IMG/VR virus record: IMGVR_UViG_3300031631_000002
Span: 1 to 61,221 of that record
Reading direction: 5' to 3' (one strand)
Source of the DNA: a virus
Lineage: Duplodnaviria; Caudoviricetes
DNA length: 61,221 nucleotides
The notes beneath the pieces are model-generated. The model did no database searches. It had not been told where the DNA came from and saw nothing but the letters and a program-made list of their open reading frames with translations. How positions within the stretch are numbered: position 1 is the first letter of the stretch; each line of letters begins with the position of its first letter. Made by a program: the position numbers and the translations under genes. Shown one piece after another: positions 37,199-47,520 of the stretch.

Positions 37199-40100
37199 AA
37201 ATGTTAGAACCTTACTGCAGTATATGTCATAAGCCAATGGATTTCGAAGAGGCTCCAATAGTAGCAGGAACGAACGGCCCTATGATAATAGTAGAGCCTT
37301 GCTGCTGCCCAGAAGAGGAAGAGGAAGTCCTAGACTTCCTAAAGACAGTAGATACTGATTCCGAAGAAGATCTCGAGGACGGCCTCAACTATCTGAGCAG
37401 AGTTAAGAGAGACCTTAATAAATTTATGGATTTAGTAGGGGAGACAGATAACAAAGAGCTGCACGACAGAGCTGATGAGTTGCTAGTGTTTGAAATGGAG
37501 TTTGATGAAATTGAGAGGATCCTGCGTAAAACTAATAAAGTAATGGCTGAGTTAGAGGGTTTAAGAGAAGAGCTCATAACTGAACATAAATTCTAAGGAG
37601 ATATTTAAAATGACAAAAAATTACGGAATAGAAGGTACTGTACTACACGATGACGACCCATTGGATCCTACAGTAGAGTATGATTCTCTTGGAACCATGA
37701 TATGCAACCACAGCAGGTACAACCTTGGGCACGTCCAAGGAAACCCTGCTGACCACCTACAAAAAGGAGATATTGTACTACCTCTGTATCTAATGGATCA
37801 CAGCGGTCTCTCAATATCAACGAAACCATTCTCCTGTGCGTGGGACTCCGGGAGACTCGGTGTAATTTATGTCACCCAAGAAGACCTGAAGAAAGAAGGA
37901 ATGTCGAAAGAACAGGCGTTACTATGCATGGAAGGAGAGGTAGAGACGTACAACGACTATCTTACAGGTAATTGCTTTGGCTACGTGATAGAAGATGCTG
38001 ACGGGGAGATACTGGATACGTGTTGGGATTTCTTAGGGGGTGAGGAGCACTGTGAGTCTGAGATGAACATTTCCTTAAACTACTATATAAAGAAGAGAAA
38101 GGTAGAGATCGAAGCCCGGGATTTGAAATACACCGTAGACGACTGGATCCATGAAGTATTGAGCCACTCCACAATTCTTGGACTTGAGGAATGGAGACAG
38201 CACATAGAGGAGAGCAATGAAGGTTAAAATAGATCCGAGAGACTTTAACATAAATGTTATTGAGGTGTTAAGCAAACTCTCTGAGAATTGGCTGGCAATA
38301 AAGAAAGAGTTGAGCCGCACCAAGGCATTTTGGGAGGGGAACGATAGGTGGCACGCTATGTACGGGCTTGACTTTCATTACGACGACGGGAAAGTGTTTG
38401 CCTACAGAGTTTATGCAAACTCAATAGGTCTTGAGGGCACAGATACTCAGACAGAAGTTGAAATAGTAAAGGAGAATTGAGATGGAAGGAGATTGGGACC
38501 ACGTTGGAAGATACTGCTATGACCTGCTGTGTGATAAGTGTGGATATACTTGGTATAAAGACTCAGACCGGATTTACCAAGTTGGTAAAGCGTTTATATG
38601 CCCAAACTGTGACAGCAGAGAAACCAGAGTTACTGTTGCAACTGACTTATTGGAGGGAGAGAGATGAAACGTGACTTTATAAGAGAGGTATACGAACTCT
38701 TGAGAGATCGGGACATTCACCCATCCGGAGCATTCGATAACGCAGGCCGCTGGTATGCAAAGAATTCCAATCTGATATCAGTTAGGACTCCATCAAGGAG
38801 ATTCCCATATTCGGAGTTGACAGCCTGCCGCACATTAAAATACGTTAAAGCTGTTGTGGCAGAATTCAAATGTAAATCTTATAAAACTCTACTGAGGTCT
38901 GTGTGATGAAAATTCAAGAAGGAAAAGTAGTATTGATCCAACTGGACACTAGGACCTCATTGGATGGGTTGCTTCACGCAGGAGACTGTTACACTAGGGC
39001 TGACTCATATGATGACCTTATTATCGACGTTGACATCATGGACGGTAGTGATGAGCTTCAGAAGGCGTTTAAGGAGGCAACAGGGCTGGAGTTCTCAACC
39101 GTATCTGAATACCAATACATAGTATGCTGGAGTTAGTATGAGATACACAAAATACGAATCGTGGGAAGCTAAGAGGATAACAGTAAAGGAAGCCCTGGAA
39201 AATTGGGAAGCCTACGAGGATAAACTATTTATATTTAACGCTGATGACGATCCTTGGCCGTTTAACTATGCCTACTTGGAGTCGCTGAACAAAAATAAGA
39301 AGCTATACGTACTGTCTTTCTTGGACGAGAACAGTAAACTGGAGGAGTGACATGGTTAATATACTTTTGAAAAATATATGGCTGCCATCACCTATCTACT
39401 ACAGCCTCCCTTGGGTATGCCTGATTCTAGCCATGCCTTACTTGGCTCTAGGTAGGGGGTGGTTGATAATCGCAGGATTTTTAGTTGTGTATGGGATGGC
39501 AATAATCCATCAAAGACTTAAATGGAGATGATGATGGCAACTTTAGTAATTGAGAACGTGGACTTCGAAGAGTTGGAGAGGCATAGACTGATATTAATAC
39601 AGGTACATCATGACCTACCTGACGGTCCTGAGAGGGAAGCCGTACTTGGAATACAGAATATGCTGGATGACTGGAGTGACAAAATTTACTTTGAGGAGAA
39701 TGAAAATGGGAAATAAAATAACATCTCCGAATGAGCTAAGGGCTGTGTTACTGTCAACAATGGAGGGAATTATAGAAGGTAAAGTGTCAGTGTCACAAGG
39801 TAACGCTATTGCATCTATATCACAGGAAGTCCACAAGAGCATCAGGCAGGAGTGGGATATGAGATGTTTTGCTGCTGAGAATTTATCAATAGCTGACGGT
39901 AAAATAGTTAACGTACTGTTGGAGGGGGATGCATGCACGTCTTAGATAGATTGAGATGTAAGGTACTGTATGGGATGCCCCACGATGAGGCATTAGAGAT
40001 GAGGAGGCAAGGATTTTATAGCTGGCCGGTTGGTAGTGTATCTTCTTCTATAAGGTCAGTAGCAAGTAGATTTTTACGGAGGTACGGAGACAGGCTGAAA

Positions 40101-40804
40101 GGGGATGGCGTAGCGAAGCTGAGAGTAACAACACCAAGACAAGTGTCAGGCGGCGTGGAAGAAGCAATAAGATACTTGGTAGCAAGAAGGTACAAAGACA
40201 GAGGACACTACCTACACATCAACACTCTATATGCATTAGGTAAATACCTAGACGAAGGGTGGAAAGGCACATTCTGCGTGGCAGTGGATAACTGTCTTTT
40301 CATAACTTCCAGCAGAGAGAAATTCAATTCGCTGTGTGCAAATTCAGAAGTCTTAATCAGCATGCACTTCGATAAATTAAAGGAGGATTCAAAATGAACG
40401 GTAATTCAAAGGAAGATCTGTGGGCATGGGCTACAAAGGCTGTTAGCGAGTCAGACAGAGTATCCACTAAGGGACAGCAGCTGCTGCTTGGTGTGGCTTC
40501 TAAGGTCATAAGCAGCGGAGGACTCAGAGGAAATATATCAGATGAATGGCGTAAGTTTGAGTGGGTAACTATACAGTTGGTTCCAGATCTATACATTTAA
40601 TTTAGGGGATTCAAAATGTCAATAGATATTAGTTCAGACGCTACAATTTATGAAGGTTTATCAGATCACGTAGGCCACAACATGACAGTGCACTGGTACG
40701 GAGATCCTGCGTCTCCAGTGTGTTACTCTCTAGAGTGTGAGACTTGCGGAGAGGTAATAATTTCAGCGGATAAACAAGAGGAGAATGAAAATGACAATAC
40801 ATAG
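37195..40804 (+). other. Second array of small hypothetical genes
   Basis: ORFs at 37195, 37610, 38217, 38482 (CxxC..CxxC), 38664, 38903, 39138, 39522, 39706, 39933, 40394 and 40616 with overlapping stops/starts. Confidence 0.7.
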
Positions 40805-41372
40805 AATTAATATAAGTGAGGGGAATTCAAAGCTTGGTAAGATACCAAACTTAAACCTACCGCCGGTAACAACTTGTGGGAAAGGGCTGCCGTGTTATGA
40901 TGATTGCTACGCTCAAAAAGCCTTCAGACAGTACCCCAACGTAAGGAGTGCATGGGGAGGCAACCTTGAGTACTATAACTACAGCCCGGAGTGCTTCTTT
41001 GAGGACCTTGATGGTTACCTGACCTACAAGAAACCAGAACTCTTCAGAATACATTCAGCAGGAGACATGCCAGATGGATACTACTTCGACCTGTTGAATG
41101 AGACCGCTATAGGAAACCCACAAACAACCTTCCTCATGTTCACCAAGAGATATGACTTCGACTTCTCAGGGATTCCTGATAACTTAAAGGTATATCTGAG
41201 TACTTGGCCGGGGCTAGCACTACCTGAGAATAAACATGGTCTGCCACTTGCTTGGTTAGAGAGTGACGAAAGAAAGCCCGAAGAGTACTTCAGATGCCCT
41301 GGAAATTGTGGTGACTGCCGGCAATCTTGTTGGAGAATGACAAATACAGATGTATGCTTCCCACTTCACTAA
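40785..41372 (+). CDS. Gp88-like Cys-rich protein
   Basis: GNSKLG...LPPVTTC..C...CYA.K...FRIHSAGD...CPG.C..C...CW. Confidence 0.7.
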   Translation: MKMTIHRINISEGNSKLGKIPNLNLPPVTTCGKGLPCYDDCYAQKAFRQYPNVRSAWGGNLEYYNYSPECFFEDLDGYLTYKKPELFRIHSAGDMPDGYYFDLLNETAIGNPQTTFLMFTKRYDFDFSGIPDNLKVYLSTWPGLALPENKHGLPLAWLESDERKPEEYFRCPGNCGDCRQSCWRMTNTDVCFPLH

Positions 41373-42658
41373 GGAGATAGTAAATGAAATCAGGAATATA
41401 CCCATTGACGATAAGGCTTTACGATGATGAAGACAACCTCACAAAGATAACCTCTGTGAAGTTCTACAGAGGGTTCACTCAGACTCTGGAAGAGCCTGGG
41501 GAGGAGGCGTATGTTAAAGCACACACAGCAGAAGATAAGGACGGTGTTGAGATAGAGACAGAGGAAGAACTAGATGATCTTGACATCAACAATGCAGACG
41601 AAATAGACAGGGCTTGGAATGATAAGTATGGGGATATGACATGAAGAATAGTAAGAAACAATTCTCTGTGTTCGAAAGGTTCAGAGGGAAGCTGTTGGAT
41701 ACGAGGAAGGTCTCTAAAACTGAGGCCATTAAGATCGTAAAAGAAAACCTAGGAGAATCTAATGGATGTAAAAGAGATCGCAAACGATATTAACGAAGTG
41801 AAAGGAAGAGTTAAATCTGGGAGGATTATAGCGCATACAATTATAAATTATAAAGAGTTGGAGAGTATGACCGGTTACGAAGTAGCAGAAGCTTTCGATC
41901 TTTCACCAAACACAGCCCCGGAGATAGCAAAGGGCAAAGCAACAGCACGGCAGCTGAAGGAGCTAGGATGGACTCTAACGAAGACAGCGTAAAAATTGTT
42001 GGGTTCTGTCAGCGCGTAGCTGACGACCTTGAAGATAAGAACTCAGGGGTAGATATAGAGAGAGAGAGAGCGTGCAGAAAAGTACCTTACGACACTGTTC
42101 AAGACGCCTACAGGATTATCAGGCAGGTGAACGGAAGAAAGAAAAGAAAAGAGAGTAAGGTATACAAATGTGCTTGCGGGAAATATCACTTAACATCACA
42201 GAGGAGTTAGTTTATGACACTATTTTCACCAGAACCAAAATCATTTTACAGAAGCCACGGATTTGGAGTCGGCAACACTGAGTGCAGTTTCGAGATGTGG
42301 CAGCTACTCTCTTTAAGCAACAGGTCTATGTTTGCTTTCGAGAATGGGCTGCTGTCCGACAGACTGCCGGCAAAGTTCGACCAGTCACTTTACGCCGCCG
42401 CCGAACAGACAATAAACCAGCCTCTTGGGGATAAGCGAGTCAGTAACTTCATGAAGCTGGAGAGTCCGTGGGATTTTTACGAGGCATTGAAGGTGGAGGA
42501 CCACTCACACTTGAAGCTTGATATATGGCATCAAGAAGGTTTGCAGGGTTTGGCGCATGCAAGGTGTCTCGCATGGTCTGCCACAAACAGGAAGCTAACA
42601 AAGGACGAGAAAGGTTTTGTTCTTTTGCACTCAGAGGATTATCAACCGTAAATAGTTC

Positions 42659-42704
42659 TTGACTATTACTTCTACGTTGGTGTATAACCCTTACGTAGAA
42701 GTAA
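42659..42704 (+). promoter_or_regulatory. sigma70 promoter overlapped by a 12-bp inverted repeat
   Basis: TTGACT-18-TATAAC; TTACTTCTACGT (42666-42677) and ACGTAGAAGTAA (42693-42704). Confidence 0.7.
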
Positions 42705-42714
42705 CACTAATTTA

Positions 42715-43416
42715 ATGGGGGAGCGTGTGATGGAAATAATAGACCAACTTGTAAGGAAAGATGAGTACATACCAAGTCTGATGGCAGATCTGGAAGAAAT
42801 AAGCTCTTACGATGACATCGTGGAGAAGACTGACGACATGGAGGGATGCTTCCTCAGGGTGAAAGCAGCCCGTCAGTGGTGGCATGGTGCTGCCTACGGT
42901 AAGCTTGAAACGAATGAAGAGAAGAAGATGTACCGGGAGAGGTATGGTCTGAAGGCTGGATCTATCAACGACTGGGCATCAGCAACTACAAAGATCACGG
43001 AAAACCGTGATCTTTCAACTCTAGCTCAAGATCCAGCATTAAACTTTTCCCATGCGCAAGCGATTGCTCCTTTAGTAAAGGATCATCCGGAGGATGCTGA
43101 AAGGTTACTGCAGGATGCTATTGATAACGAACTGACAGCTACGGCGATTAAGAGAGAAGCCGAAAAGATAGTACCACCCAAACCCAAGCCACCTAAACTC
43201 AAACCTCCAAAGGCTGGAATGAGTATGGTAGAGGCGTTTAAAATGGTAGGTATCATAGCGGGAACTTCTTGCCCGGTGATAACTAAAGGAAGCCTGTCAG
43301 TGCTGTACAAACATTACGCTAGACTGTATCACCCAGATATGGGGGGAAACACAGAGAAGATGGCTAAGCTTGCTGAAGCCAAATCAGTAATCGAAAAAGG
43401 AGGTTACACCAAATGA
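42715..43416 (+). CDS. Helical DNA-binding-like protein with C-terminal J-domain
   Basis: C-terminus EAFKMVG...YKHYARLYHPDMGGNTEKMAKLAEA contains the HPD motif; Pro/Lys linker; start may be 42730. Confidence 0.75.
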   Translation: MGERVMEIIDQLVRKDEYIPSLMADLEEISSYDDIVEKTDDMEGCFLRVKAARQWWHGAAYGKLETNEEKKMYRERYGLKAGSINDWASATTKITENRDLSTLAQDPALNFSHAQAIAPLVKDHPEDAERLLQDAIDNELTATAIKREAEKIVPPKPKPPKLKPPKAGMSMVEAFKMVGIIAGTSCPVITKGSLSVLYKHYARLYHPDMGGNTEKMAKLAEAKSVIEKGGYTK

Positions 43417-43823
43417 ATCAGATAGCAAAGCTGCCAAAGAAAGAAATCATGGTATCGAATGTCTCATACGAGCCGTTCGACATGGACAAACACCCAGATT
43501 ACCGGACGCTGGCTGAGATATGGTTAAGTTTGACCGGGGCACCTTACAACTCTCAAACTTTTTTCATCCTACCTCAGGGAGGCACTTGGTCAGAGTACGG
43601 AGCGTTCTCTGAAGTCACAGCGATTAAAGTGGCAGTAACAAGGAAAAAGTTGAAGGAGAAACTTCTCCGTCACTTGGAAGAAATACAGGCCCACCCTAAG
43701 ATAGGTACACAGTACAAAGGGAAATTTTTCTATTATCCAGTCAAGGAGACCAAGGTGTTTCTAATAAAGCATATTGATGAAGAGATAGCAGGGCAGTTGG
43801 AGGATACAGATGAAGAAGCTTAA
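43413..43823 (+). CDS. Hypothetical protein
   Basis: AGGAGG RBS; ATGA overlap. Confidence 0.65.
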   Translation: MNQIAKLPKKEIMVSNVSYEPFDMDKHPDYRTLAEIWLSLTGAPYNSQTFFILPQGGTWSEYGAFSEVTAIKVAVTRKKLKEKLLRHLEEIQAHPKIGTQYKGKFFYYPVKETKVFLIKHIDEEIAGQLEDTDEEA

Positions 43824-43950
43824 ATGCCTAAGATGCCACTACGAGTGGTGGCCGAAGAATCCAGAAGTGAGGCCAAAGGTATGCCCTGTATGCAAACACA
43901 GGAAGTGGGACGAACCAAGACCCAAACCCCAACCAGAGGAACACAAATGA
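43810..43950 (+). CDS. 46-aa zinc-ribbon microprotein (not in ORF track)
   Basis: MKKLKCLRCHYEWWPKNPEVRPKVCPVCKHRKWDEPRPKPQPEEHK; GGAGG RBS. Confidence 0.8.
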   Translation: MKKLKCLRCHYEWWPKNPEVRPKVCPVCKHRKWDEPRPKPQPEEHK

Positions 43951-44156
43951 AAAAGCAATTCGAGGATATAATAAAAGCTGGGATAGCTGACGGGGAGTTG
44001 GAGGGGGCGATTAAGACCTTCACGTCTGTAGCCAAACTGCAGAAAATCAAGTTCGACACCCTCATAAAGGAAGGCTTCACGGAGGATCAGGCTTTGAAGT
44101 TGTGCGCCCACTCTATAGTGCCAAACTTTAGAGGGGGTGGAAATGGAGCCGGTTAA
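43947..44156 (+). CDS. Hypothetical protein
   Basis: MKKQFEDII...LIKEGFTEDQALKL; ATGA overlap. Confidence 0.65.
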   Translation: MKKQFEDIIKAGIADGELEGAIKTFTSVAKLQKIKFDTLIKEGFTEDQALKLCAHSIVPNFRGGGNGAG

Positions 44157-45561
44157 TGAAGTATTGGAGCACATAACACTCCCATTCAAACTCCACCAGT
44201 ACCAAGTAGATGATGTAAATAGGTTCGCCAAATTAAGGACTTGTGGTGTCTATTGGGATATGGGACTCGGAAAAACCAACTGCGCTACTATGTTAGGTGT
44301 CTACAAACTTTTACATGGGTTCAATTCCTGTATAGTAATCTGCCCGGCTAGTCTGATAACTCAGTGGTGTCAATGGTTAGAGTCCATTGACCTAGAAGTA
44401 ACGGACTACCGAGGTAGCCCGAAGAAGAGGGAGAAGATTAGCTTGGATTCAGATTTTATAGTGATGTCTCCACAAATCTTTCAAAATGACTACGAGAAGT
44501 TTAAAGGACTTAAAGACATCTACTACATCGTAGACGAGGCCACCAACTTATGCTCCCACAATAACATTATCTTCAAACTGCTGCGAGGAGGGATAGTAAA
44601 GAAAACACAAAAGATAAAACTTTCTCACGGCACCATAATACCAATCACAAAGGATTACCGTTATGAGAAGATAATGCATGACTGCTGTCTACTGACCGGC
44701 ACCCCGTTGTCTGGGGATCCTATAGCAGCATACGGTTTGATATCGATAACATCTCCCGAAGCTTACCCGAACTACGGAAACTTCTACAGGAAGCATGTTC
44801 TCGCAGAAGATAACTTCGGAAGCCCGGTCGCTTTCAAAGATCTTGACGTACTGCATGACAACCTTGTAGAGAACGCCGTGATAAGGGAAGTATCAGATCA
44901 CCTAGACATGCCTGAGAAGGTGGTGAAGGTGGTGAAGTACGATCTGTCGCCTGCTCATATGAAACTCTACAGGAAGTTGATACAGGAGCAACTGCTGGTG
45001 CTTGAAGACGGCTCTGTGATAGACGCTACTGAAGCTACGAAGCTCTTCCACATGAGTCAGCAGTTTATCTTCTGCCCTCTGGAGTTTAAAGGAAAAGTGG
45101 AGGGGCTGGAAGTGCTTGACTCTCTGGTGACAGCCACCAAGACAAGGATCCTATTCAATAATTACATAGCAACCAATGAACTGATGATGGAGAGGTACGA
45201 CGCCGGAGGTTGCTTTGGATCCGTCAGCAGGAAGGACAAAGACAGGTACGTTGAGGAGTTCAAGGCAGGAGATTTAGACACCATTACCATTCACCCTAAA
45301 TCAGGAGGCTACGGATTAAATCTATTCAACTGCAACCAAGTTATATTTCCTGAGATGCCGCTGGCACCGAGAGATTACAAGCAGTGCTTGGCGCGCAGCT
45401 GGAGGCAGGGCCAAACCAAGACAGTGGTTATAACAATCTTGGTAGCAAGGAAAACAATTCAAGAGTCTTTACTGAGGAACACTATGAAGCGGGACGACGT
45501 GGTATCCAAAGTCTTGCACACCAAGGAGACAATTAGAAAGATGTTGGAGGGAGAGTTATGA
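44137..45561 (+). CDS. SF2 (SNF2-like) helicase
   Basis: DMGLGKT, IVDEA, LLTGTP, GGYGLNL, QCLARSWRQGQ. Confidence 0.92.
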   Translation: MEMEPVNEVLEHITLPFKLHQYQVDDVNRFAKLRTCGVYWDMGLGKTNCATMLGVYKLLHGFNSCIVICPASLITQWCQWLESIDLEVTDYRGSPKKREKISLDSDFIVMSPQIFQNDYEKFKGLKDIYYIVDEATNLCSHNNIIFKLLRGGIVKKTQKIKLSHGTIIPITKDYRYEKIMHDCCLLTGTPLSGDPIAAYGLISITSPEAYPNYGNFYRKHVLAEDNFGSPVAFKDLDVLHDNLVENAVIREVSDHLDMPEKVVKVVKYDLSPAHMKLYRKLIQEQLLVLEDGSVIDATEATKLFHMSQQFIFCPLEFKGKVEGLEVLDSLVTATKTRILFNNYIATNELMMERYDAGGCFGSVSRKDKDRYVEEFKAGDLDTITIHPKSGGYGLNLFNCNQVIFPEMPLAPRDYKQCLARSWRQGQTKTVVITILVARKTIQESLLRNTMKRDDVVSKVLHTKETIRKMLEGEL

Positions 45562-45571
45562 AAAATAACTA

Positions 45572-45600
45572 TTGACAGTTAAGAACTCAGGAAGTATATT
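45572..45600 (+). promoter_or_regulatory. sigma70 promoter
   Basis: TTGACA-17-TATATT. Confidence 0.75.
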
Positions 45601-45693
45601 CATCATGATAACAATTAGCGGCAAGGAGGACCGACATTAATCTACAATCGACAATCAAAAACTAACAATCAAAATTCAGCAGGAGAATCCATC

Positions 45694-46482
45694 ATGGGTT
45701 TAAGAAGCAAAGAGAACAAAACTACCGTACCAGCCGACCAAAAAGAAACCGCCGCAGAGGAAAAAGTTGAGGTAGAGGCTGAAGTTAAAGAGGAAGCAAA
45801 GCCTGAGAAGGCAGTTGCGCTTAAGAAGCAAGCAGCCGTCCCGGCAAGTGTGGAAGGAGCTGCACCAACTCTGATGTCACTGCGTAACGCAATGAATGGT
45901 GAGGAGTTCGGCACTAACCTTACCCGCCTTGTACCAGCATCCGGCTCAGTAAAGGTAGCAGGAACGCCAAAAGTACTTGGAAAGTTCGTCGATGTTCAGT
46001 TGGTATCAAGTTCTGATCGTTGGTTCATCACCCCTGTAGCAGACCCTAAAGACAAGGACGCTAAGAAGTTCTGCCGCCCGAGTTATGACGGTAAGACAAT
46101 TCCAAGTAGAGACGGAGAAGCTCAGACCATTGAAGAGTACACTAACTCTGTTGAGGAGTACGATGAGTTTGACGTTAAGAAATATCTTGATCTCTACGTA
46201 CTTGTTATCCGTGCCGGTGATCCTGACATGCAGGAAATCGTTGAGGCATTCGACCTTATCCAAGTGTCTGTGTCTCCAACAGCAGCCCCTATGTACAGAA
46301 CGTTTGAGAAGCTTGGTAAGCTGCGTGTAATGCGTGGACTATCTAAAGCTGAAACTCAGAACTGTTTTCGTATTACGGCTACCGCTAAGTCAAACGATTC
46401 AAGCGATTGGACAGTGTTTGAGTTCAACCCAATCCCACTCAATGATCTTGAGGGTTACGTACCTGTAGATCTGTCTGAGTAG
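45694..46482 (+). CDS. Putative ssDNA-binding / replication accessory protein
   Basis: In the replication cluster with its own promoter and terminator; acidic C-terminal end. Function inferred from context only. Confidence 0.45.
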   Translation: MGLRSKENKTTVPADQKETAAEEKVEVEAEVKEEAKPEKAVALKKQAAVPASVEGAAPTLMSLRNAMNGEEFGTNLTRLVPASGSVKVAGTPKVLGKFVDVQLVSSSDRWFITPVADPKDKDAKKFCRPSYDGKTIPSRDGEAQTIEEYTNSVEEYDEFDVKKYLDLYVLVIRAGDPDMQEIVEAFDLIQVSVSPTAAPMYRTFEKLGKLRVMRGLSKAETQNCFRITATAKSNDSSDWTVFEFNPIPLNDLEGYVPVDLSE

Positions 46483-46489
46483 CACCGCC

Positions 46490-46518
46490 ATGCCTCCCTC
46501 TTCCTGAGGGAGGCATTT
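46490..46518 (+). terminator. Terminator hairpin
   Basis: ATGCCTCCCTC-TTCCT-GAGGGAGGCAT followed by TT. Confidence 0.7.
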
Positions 46519-46541
46519 ACAACCGCCAATAGGAGTAACCT

Positions 46542-47186
46542 GTGAAACTCATTATCATAGATTTTGAAACAACTGGATTAAAAGACCCAATAGGTGTGGT
46601 CGAAGTGGCATGGGTAGAAGTTGACCATTCACTTAGCATAATCTCTGAGTTTGACTCGCTTGTTAAGCCTGGGATACCAATCGCAGAAGGCGCAGAAGGC
46701 GTTCACGGAATATCAGACGACATGGTAGCTGAAGAGCCATCCATTGAGGACATCAAGTTCCCAACTGGAGAGGTTTGTCTTATAGGACACAACGTCATTA
46801 ACTATGACAAGGCACTAGCCGACCCTCACATGAATATTGTAGCGTGTTGTGACACTTTGGTACTGGCAAGAAGGTTATTGCCTAACTGTGAAAACCACCA
46901 ACTGTCGACTCTGCAGGCATACTGCGAGTTACCCAAGACGTTGGCACACAGGGCACCTGGAGACGTAAGAACTGTACTTAACCTGCTTGAATACCTGATT
47001 GAGGGCTCTGGTATGAGTCTGATTCAGCTGATCAACTACAGCAACACCCCACAGCTACTTGAGTACGTCAGCTTCGGGAAGCATAAAGGTAAGAAGTTTT
47101 CAGAGTTACCAAAGTCCTATCTTCACTGGATGAGGAACGCTGGAGACTGGGACATCGATATAACTCACACAATAAATTCTTTATAG
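46542..47186 (+). CDS. DEDDh 3'-5' exonuclease (ExoX/DnaQ-like)
   Basis: IDFETTG, GHN..YD, HRA.GD; C-terminal FGKHKG..FSELP.SYL.W. Confidence 0.9.
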   Translation: MKLIIIDFETTGLKDPIGVVEVAWVEVDHSLSIISEFDSLVKPGIPIAEGAEGVHGISDDMVAEEPSIEDIKFPTGEVCLIGHNVINYDKALADPHMNIVACCDTLVLARRLLPNCENHQLSTLQAYCELPKTLAHRAPGDVRTVLNLLEYLIEGSGMSLIQLINYSNTPQLLEYVSFGKHKGKKFSELPKSYLHWMRNAGDWDIDITHTINSL

Positions 47187-47196
47187 GAGAAGTAGA

Positions 47197-47358
47197 ATGG
47201 AAAAGCTTATTAACGAAATGAGAGAAGTAATGGATCTTATCAACAACGACATCGACACTACCACAAAAGCCGCTGAAGCCCGGGTAAGAAAGAACACTCT
47301 ACTGATGGACAAACTGAATAAACGTTACCGGAAAGAGTCTATCGCTCAACATAAGTAA
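47197..47358 (+). CDS. Hc1-like (histone H1-like family) small protein, 53 aa (not in ORF track)
   Basis: MEKLINEMREVMDLINNDIDTTTKAAEARVRKNTLLMDKLNKRYRKESIAQHK; KAA..RVR......K..K.YRKESI matches the Hc1 core; AGGAG RBS. Confidence 0.75.
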   Translation: MEKLINEMREVMDLINNDIDTTTKAAEARVRKNTLLMDKLNKRYRKESIAQHK

Positions 47359-47477
47359 GAGCCTTGCTGTGAAGCAAAGAACAATACATCGGCGTTAGCC
47401 AAACTATAAAACAACAGCCCCTGTGTGAGGCGTCTCCGTAGACAGAAACCAATATAGGTATCGAAGGAGAAAATCTT

Positions 47478-47508
47478 GTGTGGCTCCTTCGGGAGCCATA
47501 CTTGTTTT
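47478..47508 (+). terminator. Terminator / attenuator hairpin directly before the polymerase gene
   Basis: GTGTGGCTCC-TTCG-GGAGCCATAC followed by TTGTTTT. Confidence 0.7.
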
Positions 47509-47520
47509 GAGGAGAAGTAG

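Noticed and set aside
43824-43946. N-terminal part of track ORF 43824..44156
   Set aside because: Another frame encodes a clear zinc-ribbon protein (43810..43950); the downstream gene more likely starts at 43947.
47419-47450. Hammerhead or HDV-like ribozyme (CTGTGTGAG...GAAAC)
   Set aside because: The core departs from CUGANGA and the required flanking stems could not be built.
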